Positions 55,701 through 64,000 of a stretch of DNA of 64,000 nt are shown piece after piece. The notes beneath the pieces are model-generated. The model ran no database searches. It was not told the origin of the DNA and was given only the letters and a program-made list of their open reading frames with translations. The stretch covers positions 16,864,001 to 16,928,000 of the forward strand of contig CM022675.1 in assembly GCA_012295275.1 (NCBI GenBank), given 5' to 3'. The position numbers and the translations under genes are program-made. Source of the stretch: Chrysomallon squamiferum (lineage: Eukaryota > Animalia > Mollusca). Within the stretch, counting starts at the first letter, position 1. Each line of letters opens with the position of its first letter.

Positions 55701-58700
55701 AAATATCTTGTTCATATGTTTTTATTAATTCTTGATAATCACTGACTGCTGAAATGTGTTAGTGGTACTGACCTAAGTGTAATGGCCATAATAAATATAA
55801 ATAAAACTGTAAGGAGGTAAATTGTAATACCAAAATTATAAATTTTTCTTATGACATTTTCAGGATATGAACAACCTGATACCAGAATTAACTAAAACAG
55901 TTGAAAAAGGTAAATTAGTATCTTTTGGGTTTTAGTACTGATAATTTCATAATTAAGGGATCAAAAATGTATCATAATTCCTTTAAGATATGTTTTTCTG
56001 TGGCTATATTAAACTGTCCAACTAAAGTATCATCACCCCTATGTCTAATATGTTAGTAACTTTGATGCATCTGTAAACTTTTCAACTCCCAAATGTGTTT
56101 TCCATCAGTGCATTCTGTAATTAAAAAATTAGTTAATAGTTTGTATGATAGACAACCAGAATAAAATATGTTACTAATGGTGAGAACAGTAGAGACAATA
56201 TGGTCTGACCACAAGCAAAGTATAACACCTTCTCAATATTTCCTTTATTGAATCTTAAATAAGCATCCCCCCTGCAAAAAATACAACAAGTAAACAGAGT
56301 AATTACCTTTCCCCAACAAGTTTGCTCACTTTCCTTTACCTTGCTCATTCCTGTACTAGACTTGTCCAGATTGGCCATACTTACAACAATGGATCTTCAT
56401 CTGGTTCTTCAGATCTTCTCTCCTTGGCAAAAGTGAGGAAGTAGATTTGTTGACTGTTTTATTTTTAGACAAAATGATGATACATGTGATTTTCAAATTA
56501 ATAATTCTTCTTCTTTTGATGATCCTTCATCTTTTGCAATGATTTGTTCTTTCCTTCCAATGAGCAATTTAGAAAGAAATTCCAGTTGGTTTCATTGAGC
56601 TGAATTTTGTAGGTCATTAGGTGGTTAAAAGAAAAGATAATCTTTGCTAATTTTACTGAATGTCACAGTTCCTTACTAAAATGTTTATTATTGGGATTTC
56701 ACATGTTTTATTTTTGGGTTTATTGAAGATTTACTGGGGAAATATATGTATGAACCGGAAACAACTCATGATCTGGAATCTGTGGCAAAGTTACATGTTA
56801 CTTGTGATGTTTGGCGTTACCATTCCCGCATCACACTGGATCATTTTCTACATGAATTCCAGGTTCAAGTGGGGAAAACACAAAGAATGGAGTCTAATTC
56901 GGTATTGGAACTGTTTTATACTCAGGTAAATAGGTTTAGTTAGTTTATTTTTCAGTTTTTCATTTCATTTCTGTGATTTTTTAATTGTTTTTAAAAAGAA
57001 AGATTGTTCATTAAAGTAATTATTTCTAATTTTCAGAATTACTTCCTTCAGCTGATGCGGTACATACCAAGTATCCTAAAGCTCCAGGGCCACTTAATAA
57101 AGTTATTTCAACATCGACTGGACAGAGCAGAAGCTCACAAAATGACTGTTAAAGATGTTCTCAAAAACAAAAGTATGACTTAAATTACTGTATAAATATG
57201 AACTATTAACCTATCATTATAATTTAATAACCTTAAACTAACAAAAGACAGAATAAAAAAATGGAAAGATGAAAGAGTTATAGATTCCTTTTGCTTTTCT
57301 TTTTCAGATCAAGGAATCAACATGCAGGAACTATTTAATGACTTTGTTGCAGCCTGGGAAGGCACTAGAGAAATGCTGTTGGATTATGGTAAAGATCCAG
57401 AAAGCTGATGTTACTGAGACTTAACAATGAATCACATTAAGATTTTTTTTTAATATGTATGGCAGTATATGTGAGTCAGTGAATTCAGATAAAATTGACT
57501 GAATAATTTGGGATCTACTAAAGTTCAATAATTTGTATTAAATGTTATTGGTATTTTAAAAATAAGCGTTTGACTAATTTATTTTTGCCTATACTTATAG
57601 TTACTATGGAATAAAAATTAACTTTAAAAAAACATATAACTTTTTATTTGTCTTCTGCTTACACAGTGTTTGTAAAAAGAGTATTTCATTAGTCAGACAA
57701 AAACATTCAAGGAGAAATAAATTCTGATCATTAAAACTACACAGAAGCAAATTATTAATATTTTATTATTTAATTAGTATCATAGAGTAATGATCTGACT
57801 GAAATGTTTTGGGTTTTTTCAGCATGTCGTTGTATTAATGGCAGTATAATCAGACTTCCAGAGGAGTACAGAAATAAAACAATTACACAAGATTGTCAGC
57901 TTGCCTGCCTGTTGCCATCTACCAGTGGGCCAGGACTGTGTTCATACATTCTGCTGGAATTCTTTCTAAGGAAACACAATTCATTTCTTGATGACTACAG
58001 TAGAGTTACTAAACAAAGGTTTAAAATATGTGTATTTTTGTTTGAGATGTGCTGAAATAAATATTTGCTGTTTGACTATATTTTAGTTTTAGCCAACTTT
58101 CCTGTTTATGTTTCTTTGCTGAAAGATTTCTGCAGATTATATAATAAAAGAATGTTATATAATTTGTTTCTTTTTTTTCCCAGTATTTAATTTTGTGCAA
58201 TGGAGAATAGTTAGAATGGATAGTTAATATATGTGAAGTAAATGGATAGATATGGTGTGTCTTCAGTCATTATATTATCAAATTAATTTACATCTTTTTT
58301 AAACAGGATTCCCACAGTTCAAGTGAAAGACCTGAAGGTAAATCATCTCATTTGTTACCATCCAGAGAAAGATTTGCTGCCACTGGTTCTAGCTAACTGT
58401 AACTATTCCTTCAAACTGGGCGAGGGAACAAAAGTGGAATATGACTTTGATGGTTTTGAACAACAGCTGATAAACCATGTGTTACAAGCCAAGTCCAAAG
58501 TGGACATGGAATATGGTATTATTCCAGTGAGTATGCTACAAAATTAAAAATTGTTTCAAATATATTTTAACTTATGTTTGAGTTACATTTTAAAATTAAA
58601 ATAAAACATTTTTAAATTAACATGCTGACAATTATAAAGTTTATAAATTTCTTTTATTGCTTATTGATCGGATTGCGTTAAAAACATATCATTTCCACAG

Positions 58701-61289
58701 AAAAATATAGAGAAAACAAGACAGTGAAAGAAGGAAAAATAAAAGCATTGATTGATTCTTTTTAGATATGTTGCCTTTGTAATTAGTATCAGTTCTGTGT
58801 GACATCTAAAATGGATCAGATTTAGTGCTGAGTGTTGTTAAGTTCTAAATAGAATATTGCTTTCTTACTTGTATATTATCTTTATCAGGTGGAAATCATG
58901 CAATACCGTGCTGAAACATCTAATGCCGATGTGTTTGAAAAGCTTTGCAAGAAAATAAAACAGGTATATTTTGTCCTGGTTTACTATAAAACCTATGAAC
59001 ATATGTTGTAATTTCTGTCTCTGGAAAAGGTTAGACTCAGGTTGAGATCTGGAACTTGAATACAAAATCAATTTCACTATTTGATTTCAACATTAAGTTG
59101 CATCTTTTAAGAATTTTAATTTGGTAAATATGCTTTATGCATATATTTCAGTCTAATTATATGTCATTTGGAAGTATTTTTCTGTATATTATTAATGTAC
59201 TGTATCTAATAAAACTGCTTAATTTCAGTATTTCTGAGGGGGAAATTAGTGTTGCATACATTTGATTTGAAAACAAAGTTGTCAAAATCATGTTATTCCT
59301 CAACAGGATTGTTTTATTTGTTTCTGGAGACATCCTTTGGTAGTAGTGAATAATGCTTGACAGTAATATAATAAATATCAGCTGATGCATTAAACTTCTT
59401 ATGGCCAGACTTTGTCTGAATTTGGTATGGATATTCAGAGTGTCTCCCCAACAAGAAAACAATTCTTCTGCAGTTTGTTCTAGGTTACTTTCACAAACAT
59501 TCTAGGAATGATGATTGTTAATGAAACTGGAAATGACTTACATTTTCTGTTAAGCTAAAAATGTTGTGTTATTAAGATATTTTTCTTATGGGATCTTTTC
59601 AAAGTCTAGATTTGTATGATCATGAAATAGTCGTTGATATCACGTTCTAAACATAATGTTACAACTATTGTATTGTGTAAAGTCACAATCATGCAGATTT
59701 CTTTTTACCATACACTATTTTGTAGTAGTTATGACCAGGCAAATAGAAGTTTTATCCTGTTTATAGATATGCTGTAATTCTATGAGTCATTTCTTTACTT
59801 TCTGTCCAGGAAGTGTTGAGTCCATCTGTCCAGCTTCAGATCAGAGCAGAGCTGCATGCAAGTCTGCCAGATATCTGTGACTCAATAGACAACCTTGACA
59901 TTGCTGTATCTTTCCTCAAGTCTCTTGGAGATGATGGTTCCCAATCTCTGCAGCAGTTTATGACTGAAGTTCTCAAAATGAAACAAACAATCACAAGTCA
60001 AAAAGTAACTAAACCATTCACAGCAGACTTTCACAGTGTTTAAAGTTTTATTAAATCTGATGAAAACCTCATTATCTTCACTGAAAATGAAATGTTTGTG
60101 TATGGAGTATATTTGTTACACATTTTTTTTCATTTACTAAATACAAGATAAACATTTTTTCTCTTTGTTTCAGGCTCAGCAGTTTTGTAAGTTTAAGCAT
60201 GTTCTGAGTCTCTGGTTACTTCTTAATTTGGAAAAATCTCAGGTTCTAGCAGCACATGATCACGTGAGTATGAAATTTTTTTTTTTTTTCATTTAGTAAA
60301 CAGCAAAATATTCTTCACTGTTTTTAAATTAATGAGATTAATTATATATACCATTAATTGTTCTAGACAAGACATCTTAATTAATGGTTAATATTTTGTA
60401 TTTGTGTTGTGCATCACAAATACTGAAATAACAAATTAGGTGACATTATTAACACTTTTTTTTTTTTTTTACTGAAATGGATAGGAAGACATGCACTACA
60501 TGTTATGTTATCTTAATTATTATGTATTACATTAATTTGCATTACTGTATTTTTTGTCTTACTGAAGGATGCTTTTGACAACTTGGGCCAAGATATGAAG
60601 GAAGAGTTGTCTCAAGATGAAATAACTGAACTGGTAGGATTTTGTCAACACCAGACTCTTAACAAGCTGGAATTTCTACTTCAGGAGATTTTTGACTGCA
60701 TTTTACTGAGGATAGCACAGCCACAATCCCATCAAGATGAAGATGGTCGAGATTTAAAACAAATGAGGTATGCTAATAATGATTCTGTAACTGATAATCT
60801 GTTTTCTCCTGTGAATGGCTGAGGGATGACTGGTTCAAGGATGGATCAGCTTTAATTTTCGTATTCTGTTATGCTTGCAAAATTAGTAAAAAATAATGAT
60901 GTATGGAAAGTAAAACAGCTTTGTTAATGTTGTTAGTGATCATAAATTTATAAATATTATCCCTTAAATAGGAGGCTTTGTTATCAATTAATTTTTTTTA
61001 AAGTAAATGTAAACACTTTCTAGAAAAGAGAAATGTTACAAGTGGCAGAATTAAAATTAACTACCATTCATTTCTGTGATACTTTTGACATTTCAGCTTA
61101 CGTGACATAATGTTTGGTTATCTTGAGTCTTCTTTATTTGATGAAAATTCTTTGGACCAATCAGACTCCAGGCAAGACTGTGTGCATATGATTCAAAATT
61201 TCCCAGAGAAAATCAAAGGAAGTCATGGAACCACTGCATGGCTCATTGTTTATAAAGAATTAGACACAAAAAGAAGACAAACTGTTTAA
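1111..61289 (+). CDS. RNF213: RNF213 / mysterin-like giant AAA+ ATPase and E3 ubiquitin ligase; 5'-partial, 76 coding exons in the window, one apparent 1-nt frameshift in exon 29507-29635
   Basis: Hand-traced exons (GT-AG, phases checked): 1111-1679, 2040-2193, 2649-2869, 4504-4650, 5997-6164, 6476-7082, 8030-8147, 9083-9222, 9945-10019, 11110-11216, 12010-12145, 13572-13773, 14696-14936, 15914-16057, 16779-16878, 17605-17770, 18100-18268, 18454-18572, 18755-18952, 19089-19214, 19449-19569, 20222-20448, 20942-21024, 21197-21330, 21465-21557, 22512-22712, 22822-22982, 23712-23934, 24155-24325, 26045-26107, 27807-27916, 28134-28268, 28705-28864, 29184-29257, 29507-29635, 30219-30326, 30890-30975, 31331-31504, 31924-32026, 33083-33277, 35444-35580, 35851-36046, 36398-36650, 36766-36916, 37454-37809, 38025-38197, 38377-38598, 38962-39161, 40246-40357, 41407-41507, 42005-42187, 42482-42748, 44745-44868, 45613-45890, 46626-46725, 47171-47281, 47546-47635, 49271-49330, 49530-49727, 51911-52004, 53098-53132, 53403-53500, 53891-54044, 54574-54739, 55493-55593, 55864-55909, 56729-56925, 57037-57172, 57308-57388, 57823-58018, 58307-58526, 58889-58963, 59810-60004, 60174-60263, 60568-60767, 61097-61289. 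RNF213 signature motifs appear in the expected order: LKVFVDLAYISAGE, SKRAGVGKT, GETGCGKT, LFFDEANTT, LVYRVQPLP, GKPGSSKS, VVLDEVGLAE, GISNWALDPAKMNR, FYGLRDFY, VDLGLGTHRVKCRVH, FPIPLINRLEKHF, C3HC4 RING, AFLPTMP-CPNGH RZ finger, SLRD...FPE terminal exon. Confidence 0.96.
3560..3760 (-). mobile_element. Degenerate 3' end of an RTE-like LINE
   Basis: Minus strand reads GAGGCTTTCACCCAACAATGGGAC (EAFTQQWD) followed by a (TGA/TAA) trinucleotide tail, resembling recalled RTE-clade 3' ends. Confidence 0.5.
4380..4490. repeat. (CT)n/(CA)n microsatellite just upstream of exon 4504
   Basis: Directly visible. Confidence 0.95.
4699..4997. mobile_element. Non-autonomous Tigger/pogo element resembling Tigger4/Zombi (about 300 bp)
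   Basis: Terminal inverted ends (T)AGGTTGAG...CTCAACCTG next to a (TA)n tract. Internal AAACTTTATTTCATGCATAAAATTATT...TGTATGAAATATAAATG and 3' AAATCCACTTTTAGTCCCGAACATTTCAGATGAGGAATTCTCAACCTG resemble the recalled Tigger4 consensus. Confidence 0.7.
6998..8052 (+). other. UBA-like three-helix ubiquitin-binding domain, split by intron 7083-8029
   Basis: Spliced peptide IEELMEAGYSELLANAAYKHLGNVDVDD-AIIWCLEH fits the UBA pattern (L-x-x-MG[FY]...A..AL...gn.d...A..WL.eh). Confidence 0.7.
9615..9760 (+). mobile_element. Possible highly degraded Tc1-family transposase fragment
   Basis: TNVSCHS (like DNAPCHxS) followed about 95 nt later by PDLNHLQNL (like SPDLNPIENLW), with frameshifts and stops between. 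Confidence 0.3.
9945..18952 (+). CDS. RNF213: RNF213 AAA1-AAA2 region (exons 9-19)
   Basis: LPHSDEVLICTPKSTFDEVDIFLRRAF; Walker A-like SKRAGVGKT in exon 14696-14936; FHLNISYEVQEGLDYLLFNLLILG; DPSWAELHHFVWFLN; RRTWESSPHPYIFFNPD. Confidence 0.9.
12787..13330. mobile_element. TA-flanked TIR element (pogo/Tc1-mariner superfamily, non-autonomous, 544 bp)
   Basis: Left end TA|GGATAGGGCTGGGCAAGAAGCCCA; right end TGGGCTTCTTGCCCCACTCTGCC|TA (reverse complement GGCAGAGTGGGGCAAGAAGCCCA). Confidence 0.7.
15278..15370. repeat. (GATGTA)n hexanucleotide microsatellite
   Basis: About 11 perfect copies with GATATA variants at the edges. Confidence 0.95.
16156..16217. repeat. Perfect 21-bp inverted repeat with a 20-nt spacer
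   Basis: TTTTTTTTCATTTACCAAGTT ... AACTTGGTAAATGAAAAAAAA. Confidence 0.85.
19089..22982 (+). CDS. RNF213: RNF213 AAA3 ATPase unit (exons 20-27)
   Basis: YELTTDNVKKILAI; Walker A GETGCGKT (exon 19449-19569); VHGGT; Walker B LFFDEANT and AACNPYRKH (20222-20448); LVYRVQPLP; FVSLRDVER. Confidence 0.95.
19232..19440. repeat. Compound trinucleotide microsatellite (GAT/AAT, AAC, ATT/ACT, GTT) filling a 234-nt intron
   Basis: Directly visible; explains the poly-Thr ORF 19140-19565. Confidence 0.95.
19957..20035. repeat. (GATA/GACA)n tetranucleotide microsatellite
   Basis: Directly visible. Confidence 0.95.
21755..22035. mobile_element. Fold-back / MITE-like element with long inverted arms
   Basis: Left arm TCAGCTGCAGTCAGGTTTTATCCA...AAATAATTATATATCCTGATAAGTTTCACTTGTACATTGTTGTGTAAATAAAT is the near-exact reverse complement of right arm ATTTATTTACACAACAATGTACAAGTGAAACCTATCAGGATATATAATTATTT...TGGATAAAACCGGACTGCAGCTGA; adjacent to a (TA)n tract. 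Confidence 0.8.
22249..22356. repeat. 33-bp minisatellite, about 3.2 identical copies
   Basis: Unit CCCCTCAGCAGTTTCTAGGTGGGCTGAACAACT. Confidence 0.95.
23712..28864 (+). CDS. RNF213: RNF213 AAA4 ATPase unit (exons 28-33)
   Basis: IAKNQALKENLF; Walker A GKPGSSKS; SFQCSPLST; Walker B VVVLDEVGLAE; LHPLLEDG; GISNWALDPAKMNRG; EFYGLRDFYSLVKM; LRNFGG. Confidence 0.95.
26506..27260 (-). mobile_element. Internally deleted Tigger/pogo DNA transposon with a transposase N-terminal (CENP-B/psq HTH) remnant
   Basis: TA|CAGTGGTACATTGACTTACGAGT ... ACTTGTAAGTCATGGTATTTCTG|TA imperfect TIRs with TA duplication. Minus strand encodes MEPNKVSAKDSAEKKKWLMSIELKHEIIEKHEQG, then disrupted VNVARQNEHSTST and KSIKAVTPAKGVK. 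Confidence 0.88.
29184..36650 (+). CDS. RNF213: RNF213 AAA5-AAA6 region (exons 34-43); contains the frameshift
   Basis: ESRYLLLLVENY / IFGSNFPKDQEYT (frame change between them); ICRNINRIKVCMETG; LYDALNQYY; VDLGLGTHRVKCRVH; FPIPLINRLEKHF; CATPDAV; QITTHSKLL; FDTEQQF; WHSLHIDELR. Confidence 0.9.
31623..31711. repeat. (CT)n(TA)n microsatellite
   Basis: Directly visible. Confidence 0.95.
34115..34165. repeat. 25-bp tandem duplication
   Basis: TGTTATAGTCAAACACAAAACATGA, two copies. Confidence 0.9.
34411..34582. repeat. 25-bp minisatellite, about 7 copies
   Basis: Unit ATACATAAAACAACCACACTATAAT. Confidence 0.95.
35589..35740. repeat. 42-bp tandem repeat decaying into shorter ATTGTTTATAG copies
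   Basis: ATTGTTTATAGGATGTAATGCTGCATGACATRCAAAAGTAAT twice, plus partial copies, starting just after the donor at 35581. Confidence 0.85.
41133..41205. repeat. (ATT)n microsatellite
   Basis: Directly visible. Confidence 0.9.
42005..42187 (+). CDS. RNF213: RNF213 RING finger (C3HC4) exon
   Basis: CSYC-x12-CQH-x2-CQKC-x11-CPVC in a phase 2/2 exon, followed by CCNTFLMAIVSNLCF in the next exon. Confidence 0.92.
43296..43784. repeat. 64-bp minisatellite, about 7.5 copies with one rearranged unit
   Basis: Unit TTCCAGTCTTGTACTAAATACAAACAGAACAAATAATATATCCAAGTAGGTAAAAAGCATTGAT, starting at 43311, 43375, 43439, 43503, 43567 and onward. Confidence 0.95.
45150..45480 (-). mobile_element. Degenerate Tc1-family (DD34E-type) transposase catalytic-domain remnant
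   Basis: Minus strand gives, in order, QRWSNVIFSDESKFTLDF, then FHHDNTMAH, then TKYLQAQKIATLTWP, then PLEHV; this matches the W..V.FSDESKF / FQQDNA..H / WP..SPDLNPIEH pattern with frameshifts and deletion. Confidence 0.75.
51111..51308. repeat. 63-bp tandem repeat, about 3 copies
   Basis: Unit TATTTCCTTCTTTTTTTCATGAATTGCTTTTAATAAATATATATATGATGTATTCTTCAAAAC; explains the repetitive ORFs 51046-51297 and 51135-51344. Confidence 0.95.
51911..53500 (+). CDS. RNF213: RNF213 RZ finger, spread over exons 51911-52004, 53098-53132 and 53403-53500
   Basis: Spliced peptide DAFLPTMPQED...FYRCPNGHVYCITECGMAVSEDKCNECGEKIGGVLH matches the RZ (RNF213-ZNFX1) consensus. Confidence 0.93.
52225..52285. repeat. 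(TTC)n(ATT)n microsatellite
   Basis: Directly visible. Confidence 0.9.
53891..61289 (+). CDS. RNF213: RNF213 E3-core / C-terminal domain exons through the stop codon
   Basis: DQTKKGHCLG, RLLTHTALLLG, FLWNHILKD, VWRYHSRIT, CLLPSTSGPGLC, LLPLVLANCNYS...YDF, KHVLSLW, SLRD...FPEKI; TAA at 61287-61289. Confidence 0.92.
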
Positions 61290-62261
61290 CTCAGTGTTAA
61301 GGATGATAAAATCTAGTGTACAGGTGTGCTGTTTTCAAAATACAGTTTTTCATAATGTGCTATAATGAATAGGAATAACAGTCACTAGTTATCAGTTTAG
61401 TTTGTGCTTGGGTTTTTCCTGTTTAATTTAATGATCAATTTTCTTTTTTGTTTCGATGTTCATTTTAAATTAGAAGAAATGTTACATTTGAACATGTCAG
61501 ATTAAATAGAATTAAAGTGTATTTCTTAATATCTTTTGTTTTTGATAATAATTTCTTACCTTTTTGATGCAGGCTTAGCTGTTTATTTCTATTTTAAATT
61601 TGTTATTTTATTTTACAGGTTTAAAGTGTAATGTTTAGAAATCACTTTTTACTTTGAAGAAATATTTTAATCTTTTATAGTGTTACATATTCTTTTGAAA
61701 GCTTTAGTTTTTCTTACTTCTGTTCATATTTATTACAAAATGTGTTGATTTTAGTTATGCATTTTATATATGGAGATTCAATCTTTGCTTTGTATAATTT
61801 GTATTGTTTTAGTTTTCTTAGATGCCAGTTCAAGTTTAAGAAAGAAATTTTGATTTGCAGATAAAAAACATTGTATTACTACAAACAAATTCAATTTTTC
61901 ATTTAATATGTTTTTAAACACTGTTTGCAATTTAATGATATTTTAAGGAGTTGTGAAAAACAATGTATTTATTGGTGTGTACAGGGAGTGATGTTTATTG
62001 GTAAAAACATTAATGTTATGTATTTATTAACATGCAGTGCAAATTAACTTAGCTGTGATTTTTGATATATAAATTGTTTTGTCTTTTAGGTTTTTTCACT
62101 TCATTTCTATTTTAACTTTGATGTCATATTTTTTTATTTGTTCAAAATGTTTGTAAATTATTTTATATTCTCTATTTCAGTCTCTTTAATTAAGTAAAAA
62201 CCATGATAAAAGAAAGAAAAATGTACATGGAAAAGTGATTTTGGTTATTTTCTATGACAGA

Positions 62262-62406
62262 AATAAACAGATACAGCAAGCTTAGAAATCAGTTTGGATG
62301 TTTTGCAATACTGAAGGATAAGAGTACTTCACTGTTTTATTTTTATTTCACAAAGTATATGTATATTGTTATTTTAACTACATGAAAAATGTGAAACTGA
62401 AATAAA
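62262..62406 (+). promoter_or_regulatory. Candidate polyadenylation signals (AATAAA at 62262 and 62401) in the putative 3' UTR
   Basis: Canonical hexamers about 1 kb after the stop codon, following a T-rich stretch; weak evidence in such AT-rich DNA. Confidence 0.25.
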
Positions 62407-63062
62407 CCACGGTGGGAGAAAGATGAAATGATATGCAGAACTCTACAGGACTCTACATCTCACTGCTGACAGCAACAGGCAGTTGAAAATATAGCATTAT
62501 AATTATATATATTTGTTGAGATTTTAATATGAAATTTAATAGTTTGCACTTCAGTCTTTTGGTATACTGATATAAAACAACAGTTTTAACTCTTTTTATT
62601 GACTTCACAATTTGTAATGTGTTGATCTTTCAACTTGGTTAGTGTTTTTGTTTCTTTGCTTAAAATATTTAGAAATTTTAATTGTATTGCTATAAAAATG
62701 TATGATTTTTGTTTCAGACTGTATATTTAAAACTAATATATAATATATTTGTTGAGATTTTAATATAAATTTTAATAATGTATTTCGTGTATCAATCTTT
62801 TGAAATATCTCATTGATAAGATGTTTATATTTTACTGATAAAATATTTATATTGTACTTACTCAGATTTAAGAAATATGTCTTACATAGAACAGTTTTAG
62901 ATACTTGTAATATTATATTAGTCATTAATAAATTATTAGCATTCAAATTAATTTGCTTCTTTTGTCTTGTTACATTAAGAAAAAAAAATCTTTTATTTTA
63001 TTGCTTTTGCAGAAACAAACAAAAACAAAATTAAATCTACCGTATAAACTATGCACTGGAAA

Positions 63063-63152
63063 ATGTAATTTCTTATATTTAAATAATTTTAAAAAGTCAG
63101 TTTACATGTAATTTCTTATATTTAAATAATTTTAAAAAGTCAGTTTACATGT
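63063..63152. repeat. 43-bp tandem duplication
   Basis: ATGTAATTTCTTATATTTAAATAATTTTAAAAAGTCAGTTTAC, two copies. Confidence 0.9.
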
Positions 63153-63702
63153 ACTTTCTATTATACAAATTTCAGTTACACTATAATCCTTCAAAAAACC
63201 TTCTTAGATGAGCAATCCTGTTTCATAATTGTAATAGAAGAATAATATCTGATTTTGTCATGTGCAGGGTCTGTGTCAAATTACTTTGCACTCTACCCAA
63301 GGCTAGCTATTGGGAGCTCCCAGCTTGAGCTGCTTACTAGGTATAAGATATTTCTGCTTGGTGGTTTTATACACAGGATATTCAGCCATCACAACTCCAG
63401 CTTAGTAATTTCCAAAATGTAATCCTTCAAAAATATCTTCATAAAAGCTATCCTATTTCATAGTTATAAAGATGCATGTTCTTTGTGCTGTTTCAGTGTT
63501 TGTCACGTAAATGTGTGTTAATCATCACATTATCTAGAGAGGTTCAGTTCACTACTAGCAAGGATATTTATCATGTGGAACTGCACTTATAAGCCAAATC
63601 AAATCTATTTAAAAAAAAAAAATATGGGTCAGATAACTGACCATAATGTATGATGTAGAAACTACTGACAAATTCAGATGAATGAAACAATGCTAATGAC
63701 GT

Positions 63703-63736
<34 letters not shown>

Positions 63737-64000
63737 ATTACAAAAAAAAATACTAGATCAGAATGCCTTGGAATGCCTATAAATAAATATTATAGTTAAA
63801 TTAAAACACATCACTAGGTTAACAGCAGGATTATTATAGTTAAAAACAGAATACATTAAAAAAAACAGAATACTCTGTAGAATAGTCAAGAAAAAGTGAG
63901 TGAAATGGAAAAGCATACATATCATAACGCCATGTACTTCGACTGCTTTCAACTATTTGATAACCTCTATTCTCACTTGTTTGTGATAAGACATAAGGTT

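Noticed and set aside
56130-56640. Purine-rich minus-strand stretch with an 81-aa ORF, possibly a transposon remnant
   Set aside because: No recognisable motif, termini or splice-consistent frame.
63704-63734. Long poly(A) tract as a retrocopy tail
   Set aside because: No target-site duplication or recognisable upstream SINE or processed gene.

Overview
AT-rich, intron-dense eukaryotic (invertebrate, probably mollusc-like) genomic DNA. Nearly the whole window (1111-61289, + strand) is one 5'-incomplete gene encoding an RNF213/mysterin-family giant AAA+ ATPase / E3 ubiquitin ligase. I traced 76 coding exons by hand with GT-AG boundaries and consistent phases (12,247 nt, about 4,080 aa): stalk, six-unit AAA core with AAA2/3/4 Walker motifs, C3HC4 RING, RZ finger, C-terminal domain and stop codon at 61287-61289. 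The N-terminal part lies upstream of the window. Main points of interest: (1) a UBA-like ubiquitin-binding domain inserted just before the AAA core, which I do not recall in vertebrate RNF213; (2) a single 1-nt frameshift with a premature TAA at 29586 in an otherwise fully open frame (assembly error or a recent null allele); (3) the RZ finger is split over three exons, including a 35-nt micro-exon; (4) Lys appears at the position I align to the human moyamoya residue R4810. Introns hold Tigger/pogo elements (one resembling mammalian Tigger4/Zombi), Tc1 and RTE remnants, a fold-back MITE, hairpins, and mini- and microsatellites. All homology statements are from recalled family motifs; no database searches were run.
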